From NCBI GenBank assembly GCA_004431415.1, contig QPMI01000452.1, forward strand, positions 310,001-374,000: a DNA stretch of 64,000 nt, written 5' to 3'. Positions 12,605 to 24,976 of this stretch are shown in pieces. The notes under the pieces are model-generated. The model saw nothing but the letters and a program-made list of their open reading frames with translations. It searched no databases and was not told where the DNA came from. How positions within the stretch are numbered: the stretch's first letter is position 1; the number at the start of each line of letters is the position of its first letter. The position numbers and the translations under genes were made by a program. This DNA is from Cyanophora paradoxa CCMP329. Its lineage: Eukaryota > Plantae > Glaucophyta.

Positions 12605-13496
12605 GTCTACGGGGCGGTCAGGGCAGAAGCGCGCCGCGGGGAGCGCGCCTCCCGCCGCGCCCCCACCACCCCCGCCGCGTCGCGTCGCCTGGTGGGAGCC
12701 GAAAGCGGCCTAGCACGCTCCTTGGCGCCCGTACGCGTGCGAAGAAGAGCGAAGCGATTCCTAGGTTCTAGACCGGGATTCGCCCAGCGGCAACTTACGG
12801 CAATCCAGGCTAGGCGCCCTCCAGGCGTCGCGCACCTTCGACTTCGGAGGATATCGATCGCCTTGCCGCAGCAGAGCCAAATTTAGGAACCGAAGGAGTT
12901 CGCGCGCTGTCTGCTGGCTGCTCGCCTGCTGCGCGGTGCACGAAGCTACGACTGAACAGGGAGCGGGCAGGGCGAGAGGCGGGCGATGCGCATGCCAGAA
13001 AACCAACGTTAACGACAAACGAAGCTCCTGGGTCGACTGTACCCCGCCCCTACTCAGATGAGTCAGATCTGGATGTCGACGTCTCGCGATCGGATTGCGC
13101 GCTGCCAGGCTGTATACGTATACGTAGATACGTAGATAGTACTAGAGACAGATAGGCCTAGGAGGAACTTCGAATTCGGATCGGGAATGCAGCCGGCAGG
13201 CCCGGCACCAGTGCGCTTCAAATCGCTCTAAATTACTACAGCTTGAACTTCATCCTTGAACAATCATTGAACAATCATTGAATGAATTCAAACTACTTGA
13301 ACTTGAACTACAGCGCCTACTTGGGCGGGCTGGGGCTCTAGCTAAAGCTGTAGTTAGCCCGGAGGCCTGCAGCATGGAAGAAAGGAAGTGTGGAAGATGT
13401 GCAGTGGCCGGCTGCGGTCGCTAGCTAAAGCAACAGAAAGCCTGAGACCGCAAACAGAGCCGGAGCTGCGACGCGCGGCGCCGCGCCGCGGGGCTC

Positions 13497-13858
13497 TCAA
13501 TCGTAGATGGGGACGGACCCACCGAAAGGCTCGCGCCAAATGGGGCATGTTCCCGCCCCGCCGGCGAGACGCTGGACGCAGGCGGCGCAGACGACGTGCC
13601 CGCAGGGGTGCAGGAGCCGCCGCTCCCCCCGCTCCTTCTCATGTAGACACACCTGCTGGCCCAGCATCAAGCAGGCCAACTGCCGCTGGCTCAGACTGCG
13701 GCGCACCGGGCACTCGAATCGGTTGAGCGCAGCGGCCCGCGCGGCGATCCGCAGCTCCTCCACGCGCGCCAAGGCCGCCTTCAGCCGCTCGGCCGCCGCC
13801 GCGAGCTCCGCCTCGCCCCAGGGCCGGCCGCTGGGCGCGCCGCCAGCGCTGCCGGCCT
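13497..13858 (-). pseudogene. 3' RING fragment, copy 2
   Basis: ORF 13497..13772 encodes ..HPCGHVVCAACVQRLAGGAGTCPIWREPF. Confidence 0.85.
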
Positions 13859-14345
13859 AGCAGCTGCACTAGAACTAAACGGGAATGAGAAATCGAAGCG
13901 AGAAGCGAACCTAGCAGCTGCACTAGAACTAAACGGGAATGAGAAATCGAAGCGAGAAGCGATGCTCTGAGACGCGACTTAGCTCACTGCACTGCTAGGG
14001 ACCCGGGAGCCTAGAAAGTGTCAAGGCACAGGCCTGTCTTGTGCGAGCGGAGCGCCGGCGCCGGCATCGGCATCCTCTGGAAGAGGCTGATTCTCAAGAC
14101 CGCCGGTCTCTGGAGGATCTGGTGCTGCTTCAGGATGCGCATGCAAGCCCACACCGGCCGCTTCATCAGGCAAGACTTGCTGGGGCGGGAGAGGCTGGCG
14201 GAGAGGGGATGGCTGATGTTCAGAAGAGCCGGCTGAGGCGGGTCGGTCAGCCTGGCAGGCGAGTCCGTCAGGACAACAGAGGGGGTGGGAGGCGTCGGGA
14301 CCGTCGGAGGAGTCGACCCCAACGAGAGGTGCTCCCCGGCGCCGT

Positions 14346-15331
14346 TCACTTCATGCTCGACTCCGTCGCCGCCGCCGCCGCCTTCAGGCCCCGGCGCGTG
14401 CACGCCACGCGCCTCAAGTCCCTCCCACTGGTGCCCGTGAGCACAATTCTTTGTTGGGCCGCAGACAGCACCTGCGCGACAGCTTGACGACCTGCAACGG
14501 GTTCAGGAACAAGACAATATACTTCATACGCTTGCAATATACTTCATACGCTTATAATTAGATGGATTGCGCACCAAGAGCTCCCGCTCTGCCCGCCGCT
14601 GCCGCTGCTGCAGTTGCCGCTGCCGCCTCCTCCCGCGCTCGCTGCGCATCCTCTGCGGCGCAATCAGAGCGCGAACGCAAACAGCAACGTCCTTAAGCAG
14701 CGCGCCTTCGGATGTGAGCGCGCGCTGTTCGGCTCGCCGCGCCTCCTCCTGTGCTCGCCGGATTTCCTCTGTCGCACCATCAGAGCGCGAACGCAAACAG
14801 CAACGGGAAAATAAGCAGCGCGCCTTCGGATGTGAGCGCGCGCTGTTCGGCTCGCCGCGCCTCCTCCTGTGCTCGCCGGATTTCCTCTGTCGCATCGATA
14901 TCATCAGAGCGCGAACGCAAACAGCAACGGGTAAATAAGCAGCGCGCCTTCGGATGCGAGCGCGCGCTGTTCGGCTCGCCGCGCCTCCTCCCGTGCTCGC
15001 CGATTATCATCTGTCGCACCATCAGAGCGCGAACGCAAACAGCAACGGGTAAATAAGCAGCGCGCCTTCAGATGCAAGCGCGCGCTGTTCGGCTCGCCGC
15101 GCCTCCTCCTGTGCTCGCCGGATTTCCTCTGTCGCATCATCAGAGCAAGAAGGTTGGAGCGCGTGCGGGCGCGCATGCGTGCGAACCTACAGCGATAAAG
15201 CAAGCCTACTGTGAAGTCAGAACAAGCATGCAGGAAGGCAGGGGCGGTCGCACCACACGATCTATAGCTTGTGAATTTGGCACTTCAACTGGATTCGGGA
15301 AGAGAAACCAGAACTCGTCGGCGAGCGACAT
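14346..15331 (-). CDS. Putative spliced coiled-coil protein, copy 2
   Basis: Copy of 6772-7757. Confidence 0.45.
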
Positions 15332-15735
15332 CTAAGCTGGACGATGCCGCCGAGCGCTTCCGAGTCTCCAAAGAAGCGCGTTTGGCACTCCTCGATGCTT
15401 TGTCCGCAACCCGGGCGACCCCCAAACAGCCTTGCAGCCGTAAAGAGACTTCAAACAGTTGGCTGGGGGGGTACACAAGATCCTTACGGATGTGCCCCTG
15501 ATCCGCCTGCGCGATCTCCGCACCCGGCCACTCCGTCGCCTGTGTGCCTTGAATGACGGGACGGGCAGCGTGCGAGCTCAATCGAGGACACCCGCAAGCG
15601 GCGGGGCCCTCGGAGGGGTCCCCGGGCCCCGCCGCGCTGAGTGCGCGAGCGCTGCTTCTTGTAGACGTCCCCGAAGCGCCCAGCCCGCGCGTAGCTAAGC
15701 GGCCACTTCGGCAGGTTGGAGGCGCGGCGTTGGAG

Positions 15736-17071
15736 ATGGCTTCTAGGAGACCGCTCCCGCCGACGACGCTGCGGCGTCGATCACCGTCGCAACGTCGAGC
15801 GCGGGCCCCTCCCACGACCGCGCGAGCTCCGCCGCCGCCGCGGCCGCCGCGCCGACGGCCTCCGGCTCTACCCTCCCGCCCGCCTCCTCCCACTCGCCGC
15901 CGGAGCCGCCGGCGCCGCCCTCCGCGCCCGCGACGGTCCGGAAGAGCCCCTTCCGCGCGGTGGCGGTCCCCGCGCCGCCCCGCCGGCGCTGACGCTCACG
16001 GGGCGGCATGGGCGGGGCGGCAGAGTCGCAGGCGGTGTCGGAGTCGATCGGTCTGCTGCGGACGATGCGGCTGTACGGCGGTGCCGGCCCGCCGCACGCC
16101 GACGGCGCCCTGTACCGCGCGCCTCGCACAGCTTCGGCAGTGCAGTTGAGCACATCCGCCGCGGCCGCCCCTTCTGGGACCCCGGTCCGTGCAATCAAAG
16201 GCTTAGGCGCCGGTCTCAGACGCTGGACCGGTGCAGACGCCCGTCCCAGACGCCCGCCGCTGCCCGCCGCCCGCCGCTGCCCGCCGCCCGCCTTGCCCGC
16301 CGCCGGAAGCTGAGCGCTTTGGGCGCAGCCTGGCAGCGGTGAAGCCGCGGCAGTCGCTGGACCTTGGCGGGCTCGTCCGCACGCGCACCCGCCGCCTCGC
16401 CGACCTCGACCCCGTCAAGTCTCGGTGCACTCGCCCGCCCGCTCGAGCCTGCGCGGGAATAACTGAGACGGCGCGCGATGGGCGGGCAGGCCGCGCCCCA
16501 TCCGCAAGATCATAGACGACTTCCCCGAAATGTGGCGCCTGGCTCGCATGGGTGCGGCCCGTTCCCGTACCCCGTGATCGCCTCCAACGACGTACCCCCG
16601 CAGACGAGACGGTACGGACCCGCTCGGGGTACGTGCCCCACGAGATGCTCAACGAGGCGAGCGCCCGTACCCCTTTTCGGCTCCATCCCCGTTCCTGATG
16701 CCTGTACCCCTGCTCGCCCTCCCGCGCAGCTGCGGGGCATGTTCCACAAAGAGTCCGTACCCCTTCCTAGCCAACTCCGTTACCCCCCGGCCCCTCACCC
16801 GTACCCCCCAGGTACTACATCCCCGTGCGGAACATCTTCCGCTACTACGCGCACCTCGATGGCGCCAAGGGGCGTGTACCCCTCCCCCTTCCCTTGCTTC
16901 CCCTACCCCTGACCCGGCCGGCGGGGGTACAGGTGAAGGCGATCGCGGTGCGGGCGCGGCACGGCGACGGGGAGGAGATGTACACGGTCAACAAGCGGGG
17001 TACACCCCCACCCCGCCTCCCCACCGCCCCCCCCTGCCTGCCGCTCACTTGATCTCCTTTCTTCCCCTCAG
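15736..17071 (+). pseudogene. Third tandem copy of the deleted multi-exon gene
   Basis: Near-identical to 577-1913. Confidence 0.7.
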
Positions 17072-17905
17072 CAGGGATAGCTGGGAGCCTCTGCAGCGAC
17101 GGGTCGTTCCGGGAGAGTCTGAAGGGGCCCGCCCATAGCTGGGGGAGAGTCCCCCTCAGCAGGGATAGCTGGGAGCCTCTGCAGCGACGGGTCGGGCCCG
17201 GTCGCTCCCAGGAACCGGAGCCCGGGTCACTCGCTTCCAGGAGTCCGGCGCCGGGGCAGGCGCTCGGGGTACATGTGAGGGCGATCGCGGGTCTGAGGAC
17301 CCGCCGCTCAACCGCGCCCAAGGTGCGCGTGCCCGCCCCGGCCTCCTCCGCTCCCCCTTCCCAGGCGCGGGCGCGGGCGCTGGCGCCCCCCTTCGTCTCC
17401 CTGCCCGCCTTCGCTCGAGCGGAGAGGGGGTAAGGTTCGCCGTCCCCGGGGCCCCGCCGTTGAAGTAGAGCGTCCAAATCTGTGATTCTTTCAAAATTGC
17501 AAGAGGAGAGCATTATTAAAATTATTATGTGTACATGTGCTCCTTTCATTGCAAAAGAGGAGGGCACGGGCATGTACAGCTGGCGAGGCGGGGGCGGCGG
17601 GGGTGGCGGGGCGCCCGGGGGTGCACGTGGAAGGGGCACGGGCCTGGCGGCGCCCAGGTTACTCTTATCTGAGATTTCGAAGCTGAGATTTCAAGCTTCG
17701 AACGACCTTCTGCTACACATGCATTTACATTGAATTTCATCTTCGTAGGGAAACGCTTGGAACTATCAACAAATCATGAGCTTCGACAGGCCGCCTGCAC
17801 GCGCTGCCCACTGTTGCAGCTAGCTGCTGACTTCCGAACGAACGTGGAACGCCGCGGGCGCTCCGGACCGGGCAGGGCTTGGGGCCTCAGAGGCGGCGGG
17901 CGGGC

Positions 17906-20177
17906 CTACGCGAGCGGGGCCGGGAGCTCCTCGAACGGCTGCGCATGAGCGCCCGTCAGCGGCCGGCAGCGGGCGCCTCGTAAGGGAGTAAAGGAAGGCG
18001 GACGGCGGCGGCGGCGACGGCGGCGTCGATGAGGGCGCAGAGTTTCGCGATGGCCGCCTGCTGGTACATGTTGCTGAAGAAGACCGCTACGGACCGCCGG
18101 GCCGTCAGCGGTGCGCGGGCGGGCGCTGTGGCTTCGGAGGGCGCGCGGGGCGGACCGTTGTGGCGGGAGAAGGCGGCCATGTCAGCGGGGAGGCCGTCAC
18201 AGGAGGGGAACCGCTCGTTCGGGTCGTCCACAAACGGAACGATCGCCTTGCCCAGGCGAAGGCTTTCCACGACCTCCTTCCGCACCCTGCGCCCCGCCCC
18301 GCCCCGCGATCGGCGGGGGCGGCGAGGCTTGCGGGGCCGCCGGGCGGTCGGGCGGCACCAGTCGGTGGAGAGAGCGGCCGAGGGCGCCTTGTCTTCGAAG
18401 CAGCGTTTCAGGGTGCCCGGCGTGAGCACGAAGACTGCGCCTGGGCGTCAGGAGAGAAGCGACGCGGCGGGGTGGGGTTTGGGGGTTGGGGGGGGGGGGG
18501 GGGGAGGGGGGAGGGGAGAGGGGGGAGAGGGGGGAGAGGGGGGGAGAGGGGGGGGAGGGGGGGCGGGAGCGGCGGGGCCGCCGTGGGGCATGCCGTCGCA
18601 GCAGGAGGCGCGGAGGCTCTCGAGAATCTTCGAGTCGAAGACGCCGCCCTGGAGGGTCTCCAGGTCGAAGAAGACCTTGTAGCTGTTGCTGTATCAGGGG
18701 CACGGGGTACGGAGCCGGCGCCGGCGGCCGCACCCGGCCTTGTCCAGCGCCTCGCGCACGAACGCCGCGAGGTGGTTCCTCCCGTCCAGCCGCCGGTACG
18801 TGATGCTGCGCGGGCCTCAGGGCGAGCGAGCGAAAGGAGCGCGGAGGGGGCACGGCGGCGCACAAGGCGTGGAACTCGTAGCCAGGGGGCAGCGGCGGGA
18901 CGCGGCGGGAGGCGGCGCTCTGTGCGCCGCTCTCCTTTGCGAGCTCGGCAATCTGGCGAAAGGAGCTCAGCCAAGTCCAGAGCGGCGGGCGGAGAGCGGG
19001 CGCACCTCCACGAGGAGCTTCTTGCGGACGAGGCCCGACTCGACGCCGAGCTCCCGCTGCAGGTCTGCGTCGGCTAGAGCGAGCAGCATCTTGCCGTCGA
19101 CGCGGTGCCTCTCGAAGGCCGGGGCGAGGTCCCCGAGCTCGACGGACCGCAGCCACTCGCACACGTCCGCCACGCGCATGCCCCGCGGGTCCCGCGCCGC
19201 CGCGGCGGGGGCGGGCGAGGTAGCAGCAGCAGCAGCAGGCGCCCCGGCGATGGATGACGCTGAGCCCGCTGTTAATGAGCTCGCATCGGAAGGCAGAGCA
19301 GCAGGAGCGGGGCGTGCGCGGACCGGGGACCGAAGGGGCCGCGGCGGCGGGAGGGCGCGGGGGCTACGGGAAAAGGTGAGGGGCAGCCGCGTGCATGGGG
19401 AAGCGCAGTGGCACGCACCGCCGCAGGGGGCGCGGCTCCAGCGGAGGGCGCCGCTGCAGAACGGAATCGAGTCAAAGGCTGGCGGAGCGTGTACAAGAAA
19501 GTGTACGGACCGGAGGTACGGACCGGTGGGCCGGCGGGAGGATTCGGGACGGGCGGCGCCCCGGGGACGGGCTGCGGCGGGAGGTGAAGGGCGGAGCGCG
19601 GGGCTGGCGGGGCGGGGCGCACCGCGGCGGCGGGAGTGGGTGCGAGGAGAGAGCGGAGGTAGGGCACGACGACGGCGCACTGAGCAGCACCGTTGTTAGG
19701 GGCTCCTTCGTTGACGGCGCGGCGGATGTGCTCGGGCCATGAGTCCACGACGGGGTTGCCGTGCACGTACAGCTCCTTCAGGGCGGCGAGGCGGCCGATC
19801 TCCGGTGGCAGCGCCGTCAGCCGGTTATTGGCCGCGCTCAGGCACTGCAGGGCGGCGAGGCGGCCGATTTCTGGTGGCAGCGCCGTCAGCTGGTTCTCGT
19901 TCACGACCAGCTCCTTCAGGGAGGCGAGGCGCCCGATCTCCGGCGGCAGCGCCGTCAGCTGGTTTTTGTTAAACCGCAGCCGCTCCAGGTTCGTCAGCTT
20001 GGCGAGCTCGGCGCCCGGGATGCGTGTGAGCTTGCTCGTTATAAGCCAGAGCACGCGGATGTTCTGCGGCCCCGCATGCGCGATCCAGTCCGCCGGCCAC
20101 TCCGTCCGCGGCTCCCCCGACAGGTCCAGCACCCCCCCCTCCGGGCTCCACCTCTGTCTGCTGCTGCCGCCGCCCAT
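17906..20177 (-). CDS. LRR-SAM-TIR protein, copy 3
   Basis: The LRR ORF 19272..20177 is identical to copy 1. SAM and TIR exons are present; the indels seen lie mainly in introns. Confidence 0.88.
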
Positions 20178-21069
20178 GTCTACGGGGCGGTCAGGGCAGA
20201 AGCGCGCCGCGGGGAGCGCGCCTCCCGCCGCGCCCCCACCACCCCCGCCGCGTCGCGTCGCCTGGTGGGAGCCGAAAGCGGCCTAGCACGCTCCTTGGCG
20301 CCCGTACGCGTGCGAAGAAGAGCGAAGCGATTCCTAGGTTCTAGACCGGGATTCGCCCAGCGGCAACTTACGGCAATCCAGGCTAGGCGCCCTCCAGGCG
20401 TCGCGCACCTTCGACTTCGGAGGATATCGATCGCCTTGCCGCAGCAGAGCCAAATTTAGGAACCGAAGGAGTTCGCGCGCTGTCTGCTGGCTGCTCGCCT
20501 GCTGCGCGGTGCACGAAGCTACGACTGAACAGGGAGCGGGCAGGGCGAGAGGCGGGCGATGCGCATGCCAGAAAACCAACGTTAACGACAAACGAAGCTC
20601 CTGGGTCGACTGTACCCCGCCCCTACTCAGATGAGTCAGATCTGGATGTCGACGTCTCGCGATCGGATTGCGCGCTGCCAGGCTGTATACGTATACGTAG
20701 ATACGTAGATAGTACTAGAGACAGATAGGCCTAGGAGGAACTTCGAATTCGGATCGGGAATGCAGCCGGCAGGCCCGGCACCAGTGCGCTTCAAATCGCT
20801 CTAAATTACTACAGCTTGAACTTCATCCTTGAACAATCATTGAACAATCATTGAATGAATTCAAACTACTTGAACTTGAACTACAGCGCCTACTTGGGCG
20901 GGCTGGGGCTCTAGCTAAAGCTGTAGTTAGCCCGGAGGCCTGCAGCATGGAAGAAAGGAAGTGTGGAAGATGTGCAGTGGCCGGCTGCGGTCGCTAGCTA
21001 AAGCAACAGAAAGCCTGAGACCGCAAACAGAGCCGGAGCTGCGACGCGCGGCGCCGCGCCGCGGGGCTC

Positions 21070-22323
21070 TCAATCGTAGATGGGACGGACCCACCGAAAG
21101 GCTCGCGCCAAATGGGGCATGTTCCCGCCCGCCGGCGAGACGCTGGACGCAGGCGGCGCAGACGACGTGCCCGCAGGGTGCAGGAGCCGCCGCTCCCCCC
21201 GCTCCTTCTCATGTAGACACACCTGCTGGCCCAGCATCAAGCAGGCCAACTGCCGCTGGCTCAGACTGCGGCGCACCGGGCACTCGAATCGGTTGAGCGC
21301 AGCGGCCCGCGCGGCGATCCGCAGCTCCTCCACGCGCGCCAAGGCCGCCTTCAGCCGCTCGGCCGCCGCCGCGAGCTCCGCCTCGCCCCAGGGCCGGCCG
21401 CTGGGCGCGCCGCCAGCGCTGCCGGCCTCGTACAGCGCCAGCCGCTCGTCGGCCCGAAGACGCGCGCCTCCGCCTCCGCCAGCCGCCCGCGCAGCGCCTC
21501 CGCCTCCGCCGCCGCCTGCCGCTCCCGCCGCGCCGCCGCCTCGAGCTCCGCCCGCGCCTCCGCCCGCTCCGCCGCGAGGGCCGCCGCCCGCGCCTCGGCG
21601 AGGGCGGCGGCGCGCGCCTCCTCCCGCAGGCGCGCGGCCGCCGCCTCCAGCTGCCCCGCCACCGCCTCCAGGGGCAGTGGGCAATCGGGGGCGGCTCCCG
21701 CTGCGGCTCGCGCCGGGAGGTTGGAGGGCGGGCGGGAGCCGGGGAGGCTGGAGCGGCGGGGGGGTGCGAGGCAAGCGGGGCGGAGGGAACGGGCTGTCGC
21801 GGATGTGAGGGGCGGGACGCGAGGGGGGGGGGGGGGGGGGGGGGGGGGAGCCCGCCGCGGGGGCGGGGTAGAGGAGGGAGAGGAGGTAGGGCTCGACGGC
21901 GGTGAGCTGGGCTTGACCATTCCCAGGTGCGGCGATGACGGCGCGGCGGACGGGCTCGGGCCACGAGTCCACGACGGGGTTGCGTTCGACGTACAGCTGC
22001 TCCAGGGCGGCGAGGCGGCCGAGCTCCGGCGGCAGCGCCGTCAGCCGGTTGTCTCGCACGTACAGTTCCTTCAGGTTCGCGAGGCGGCCAGTCTCCGGCG
22101 GCAGCTCCATCAGTTGGTTGCACTGCAACCACAGCGTCTCCAGGTTCGTCAGCTTGGCGAGCTTGGCGCCCGGGATGCGCGTTAGCTTGTTCCCGTCGAG
22201 GTCGAGCACGCGGATGTTCTCCGGCCCCGCGCGCGCGATCTCCGCTGCCGGCCACTCCGTCCGCCCCTCCGGATCCCCCGCCAGGTCCAGCTTCCCCTCT
22301 GCCGGGATCCACCCCCTGCCCAT
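21070..22323 (-). CDS. LRR - coiled coil - RING protein, copy A (frameshifts; last RING Cys replaced by Trp)
   Basis: MGRGWIPAEGKLDLAG..IRVLDLDGNKLTRIPG..LWLQCNQL..LYVRDNRL..LYVERNP, then an Ala/Glu/Arg coiled coil and a RING ending CPIWREP. Confidence 0.75.
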   Translation of the reverse strand: MGRGWIPAEGKLDLAGDPEGRTEWPAAEIARAGPENIRVLDLDGNKLTRIPGAKLAKLTNLETLWLQCNQLMELPPETGRLANLKELYVRDNRLTALPPELGRLAALEQLYVERNPVVDSWPEPVRRAVIAAPGNGQAQLTAVEPYLLSLLYPAPAAGSPPPPPPPPSRPAPHIRDSPFPPPRLPRTPPPLQPPRLPPALQPPGASRSGSRPRLPTAPGGGGGAAGGGGRAPAGGGARRRPRRGAGGGPRGGAGGGAGGARGGGAAGAAGGGGGGGAARAAGGGGGARLRADERLALYEAGSAGGAPSGRPWGEAELAAAAERLKAALARVEELRIAARAAALNRFECPVRRSLSQRQLACLMLGQQVCLHEKERGERRLLHPAGTSSAPPASSVSPAGGNMPHLARAFRWVRPIYD

Positions 22324-23134
22324 GCCTGCGGGGCGGACCCGGGCGGTCAGCGGCAGAAGCGCCCCGCGGGGAGTGCGCCCACGCCCCGCCCGGCGTTTCG
22401 AAGTTCCCCAGCGCTGGGCCGCGCTGGGCTCCAGTCTGAGCTCTGGGTCGCGCCTTCTGACCCTCAACCTGAACCTAACTTCTGCGCCGGACCCGGCGAT
22501 GCCCAACGATAACTTCTGACCCGTACCTATGGCCCAACTTCTGCGCCGGACCCGGCCATGCTCGAAATCGCCCGGCGGCAACTAGCGACAACTAGGGCGT
22601 CGCGCATTTCGATGGATCTCCGTGCCGCAGCGCTAGCAGAGCCGGCGCCAAGCTTGGGAACGAACTTCTGAAGTGATGCGAACCGCAGCGAACCGCTGCG
22701 AACGAAGCGCCGGGGTACAATCGTTTGCCCGCTGCATCAACTTTCATGCGGAGCATCGGCGGCAGGAGATCGTCATCGCAGCAGTAGAGGCCACTTGCAG
22801 CAGTGACTTGCTTGAATCGAGCTTATCCAGCCCGACCTGCGAATCAGAGGCTGCGATAGCGGATCGCGCTCAGCGAGTTTGCGGGCGGAGCGCGTTCGCG
22901 CGTTTGTGGAGATCCTTATCTTTGGAGCTGGAGATCTCATGGCCGGCTGCTTGCCTGCGACGTGACGGGACAGCTTGCGAGCTTAATCGAGGACGCCCGC
23001 AACCGGCCCTGAGCAGGAGCCCCCGCTTGCGTAGTGAGTGCACTGATTCTTGCAGGCGTCCCTGAGGCGCCCAGCCCGCGCGCAGCTAAGCCGCGGCTCC
23101 TGCACTGCAGCAGGTCGGCGGCGCGGCGTTGGCG

Positions 23135-24020
23135 ATGGCTTCTGAGGAGGCCGCCCCGGCCGAGGGGGCGGCGGCGTCGATCGACGTCGCTCCGTCGAGC
23201 CCTGGTCCCTCCCACGACCGCGCGAGCACCGCCCTCGCCGCGGCCGACGCGCCAACGGCCGCAGCCGCTGCCCTCCCGCCCGCCTCCTCCCACGCGCCGC
23301 CGGAGCCGCCGGCGCCGCCCTCCGCGCCCGCGACGGCCCGGCGAGCCCCTTCCGCGCGGGGGCGTCCCCCGCGCCGCCCCGCCGGCGCTGACGCTCACGC
23401 GGGCGGCGGAGGCGCCGGGGCCGCAGGGGCCGCCGCCGTCCCTCTCGCTACCGGCCTTCCCGGCGGACTTCCGCGCGGCGACCGCACCGGCGCAGCTCAG
23501 CCACCGCAGCTCCCGTGCGCCCCGCCCCGCCCCTCCCCGCCCCGCCCCGGCGCCCCGCCAGGAGCCGCGGGCCAGCGGATCCGCTGGGGTCTCGCCTCAC
23601 GGGGCGGGGCGGGGCGGCAGAGTCGCAGGCGGTGTCGGAATCAATCGGTCTGCTGCGGACGATGCGGCTGCGCGGCGGCGCCGGCCCGCCGCACGCCGAC
23701 GGCGCCCTGTACCTGCGCCACGGCGAAATGGCCCTCAACAAGCGCATGTGGAAGGTCCGCGCCGGGCGCGCCCAGGGCAGCCCCCTTCCCGTCATGCTCT
23801 GAGCGCCGTGGCGCAGGACGGGGCGGAGCAGCTGCTGGTGTGCCTGGCGTACAACGACGGCGACCCGCGCGCCTCGCACAGCTTCGGCAGCGCCGTGGAG
23901 CATATCCGCCGCGACCGCCCCTTCTGGGATCCCGGTCCGCCAGTTCAAAGGCTTAGGCGCCGGTCCCGCTGGCCGCTGAGCGCTTTCGGCGCAGTGGTGA
24001 AGCCGCGGCAGTCGCTGGAC
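23135..24020 (+). pseudogene. 5' truncated-off copy of the multi-exon gene (first exons only)
   Basis: MASEEAAPAEGAAAS.. is homologous to 27074. Homology ends after VKPRQSLDF, in GCCGGGATA microrepeats. Confidence 0.65.
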
Positions 24021-24238
24021 TTTAGCCGGGATAGCCGCAGTGGTGAAGCCGCGGGATAGCCGGTATAGCCGGGATAGCTGGGATAGCCGTTCCAGGAGAG
24101 TCCCAAAAGGGGCCCGCCCACCGTCCTGTCCCCTGCAGCCGCTGAGCTGCCGCAGCGCCCCCATTCCCCTCAAGGAGCCCGGCAAGCGGCGTCTTGGGGG
24201 GTCGGGGCCGGGGCCGGTCTAGGGCCCCTCGGGAGGGC

Positions 24239-24404
24239 CCTACGGGGCACCCCTGGCCCCTCTTTCACTGGGGCCGGCGGAGTGGGCCGGGGCGGCGGGC
24301 CCGGGCGGCGGGGCTCGGGCCTACGGGGCACCCCGGGCCCCTCTTTCACTGGGGCCGGCGGAGTGGGCCGGGGCGGCGGGCCCGGGCGGCGGGGCTCGGG
24401 CCTA
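24239..24404. repeat. 2 x 81 bp tandem duplication
   Basis: TACGGGGCACCCC..TTTCACTGGGGCCGGCGGAGTGG.. starts at 24241 and 24322. Confidence 0.9.
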
Positions 24405-24976
24405 TATATAGACGGGTCGTGGCGGGCTGGCCCGTAGTGGAAGGGCCCGCCCCCATTTCTAGGAAGGAGTCGCTCCCAGAGGACCCGGTGGCTCCCAGGA
24501 GTCCGGGACCGGGGCAAGCGCTTGGGTCGGATTCCGGAGGTTCCCCCCACCCCCACCCCCCCCCCCCACCCACCCCTCCCCCCCCGGCCCCCCCCCGCCA
24601 CCCCGCCCCCCCACGCCTCGCCCCGCCTCGCCTCGCCAGCACCGTGGGGCCGAGGCGGCAGGCCAGGGGAGCCCCTCTCTTCCCCCGCGGGGGCGGCGGT
24701 CCCTAGATGTCTCGAGATCGGATGGTACCATCTAATTAAAGCGATGTCGGGCGGCGGTACCATCTACATTACGCTCGAGAGCTTTCAACGGCTCTGTATT
24801 CGATTGAACTTGATCCTCGAACAATGAACCTTCGTGCCTTCGTACATTCCTTCATGATCATATATATACGCAATGAACACGAGGTTGGAAAGAGGGGCGG
24901 CGACACAAGGGATGCATGCACACGGCTGAGACCGCGCTCGACTCGCTGCCACTCGCGGCGCCGAGTCGCGGCGAGC

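Larger units (their letters stand above)
1..21428. repeat. Tandem array of a ~7.57 kb unit (partial 1-6283; 6284-13858; 13859-21428)
   Basis: The same ORFs recur at offsets of ~7587 and ~7574 (110/7697/15271; 5030/12604/20177). Homology breaks after GCCGGCCT, which is followed by AGCAGCT at 6284 and 13859 but by CGTACAG at 21429. Copies differ mostly by homopolymer indels. Confidence 0.97.
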
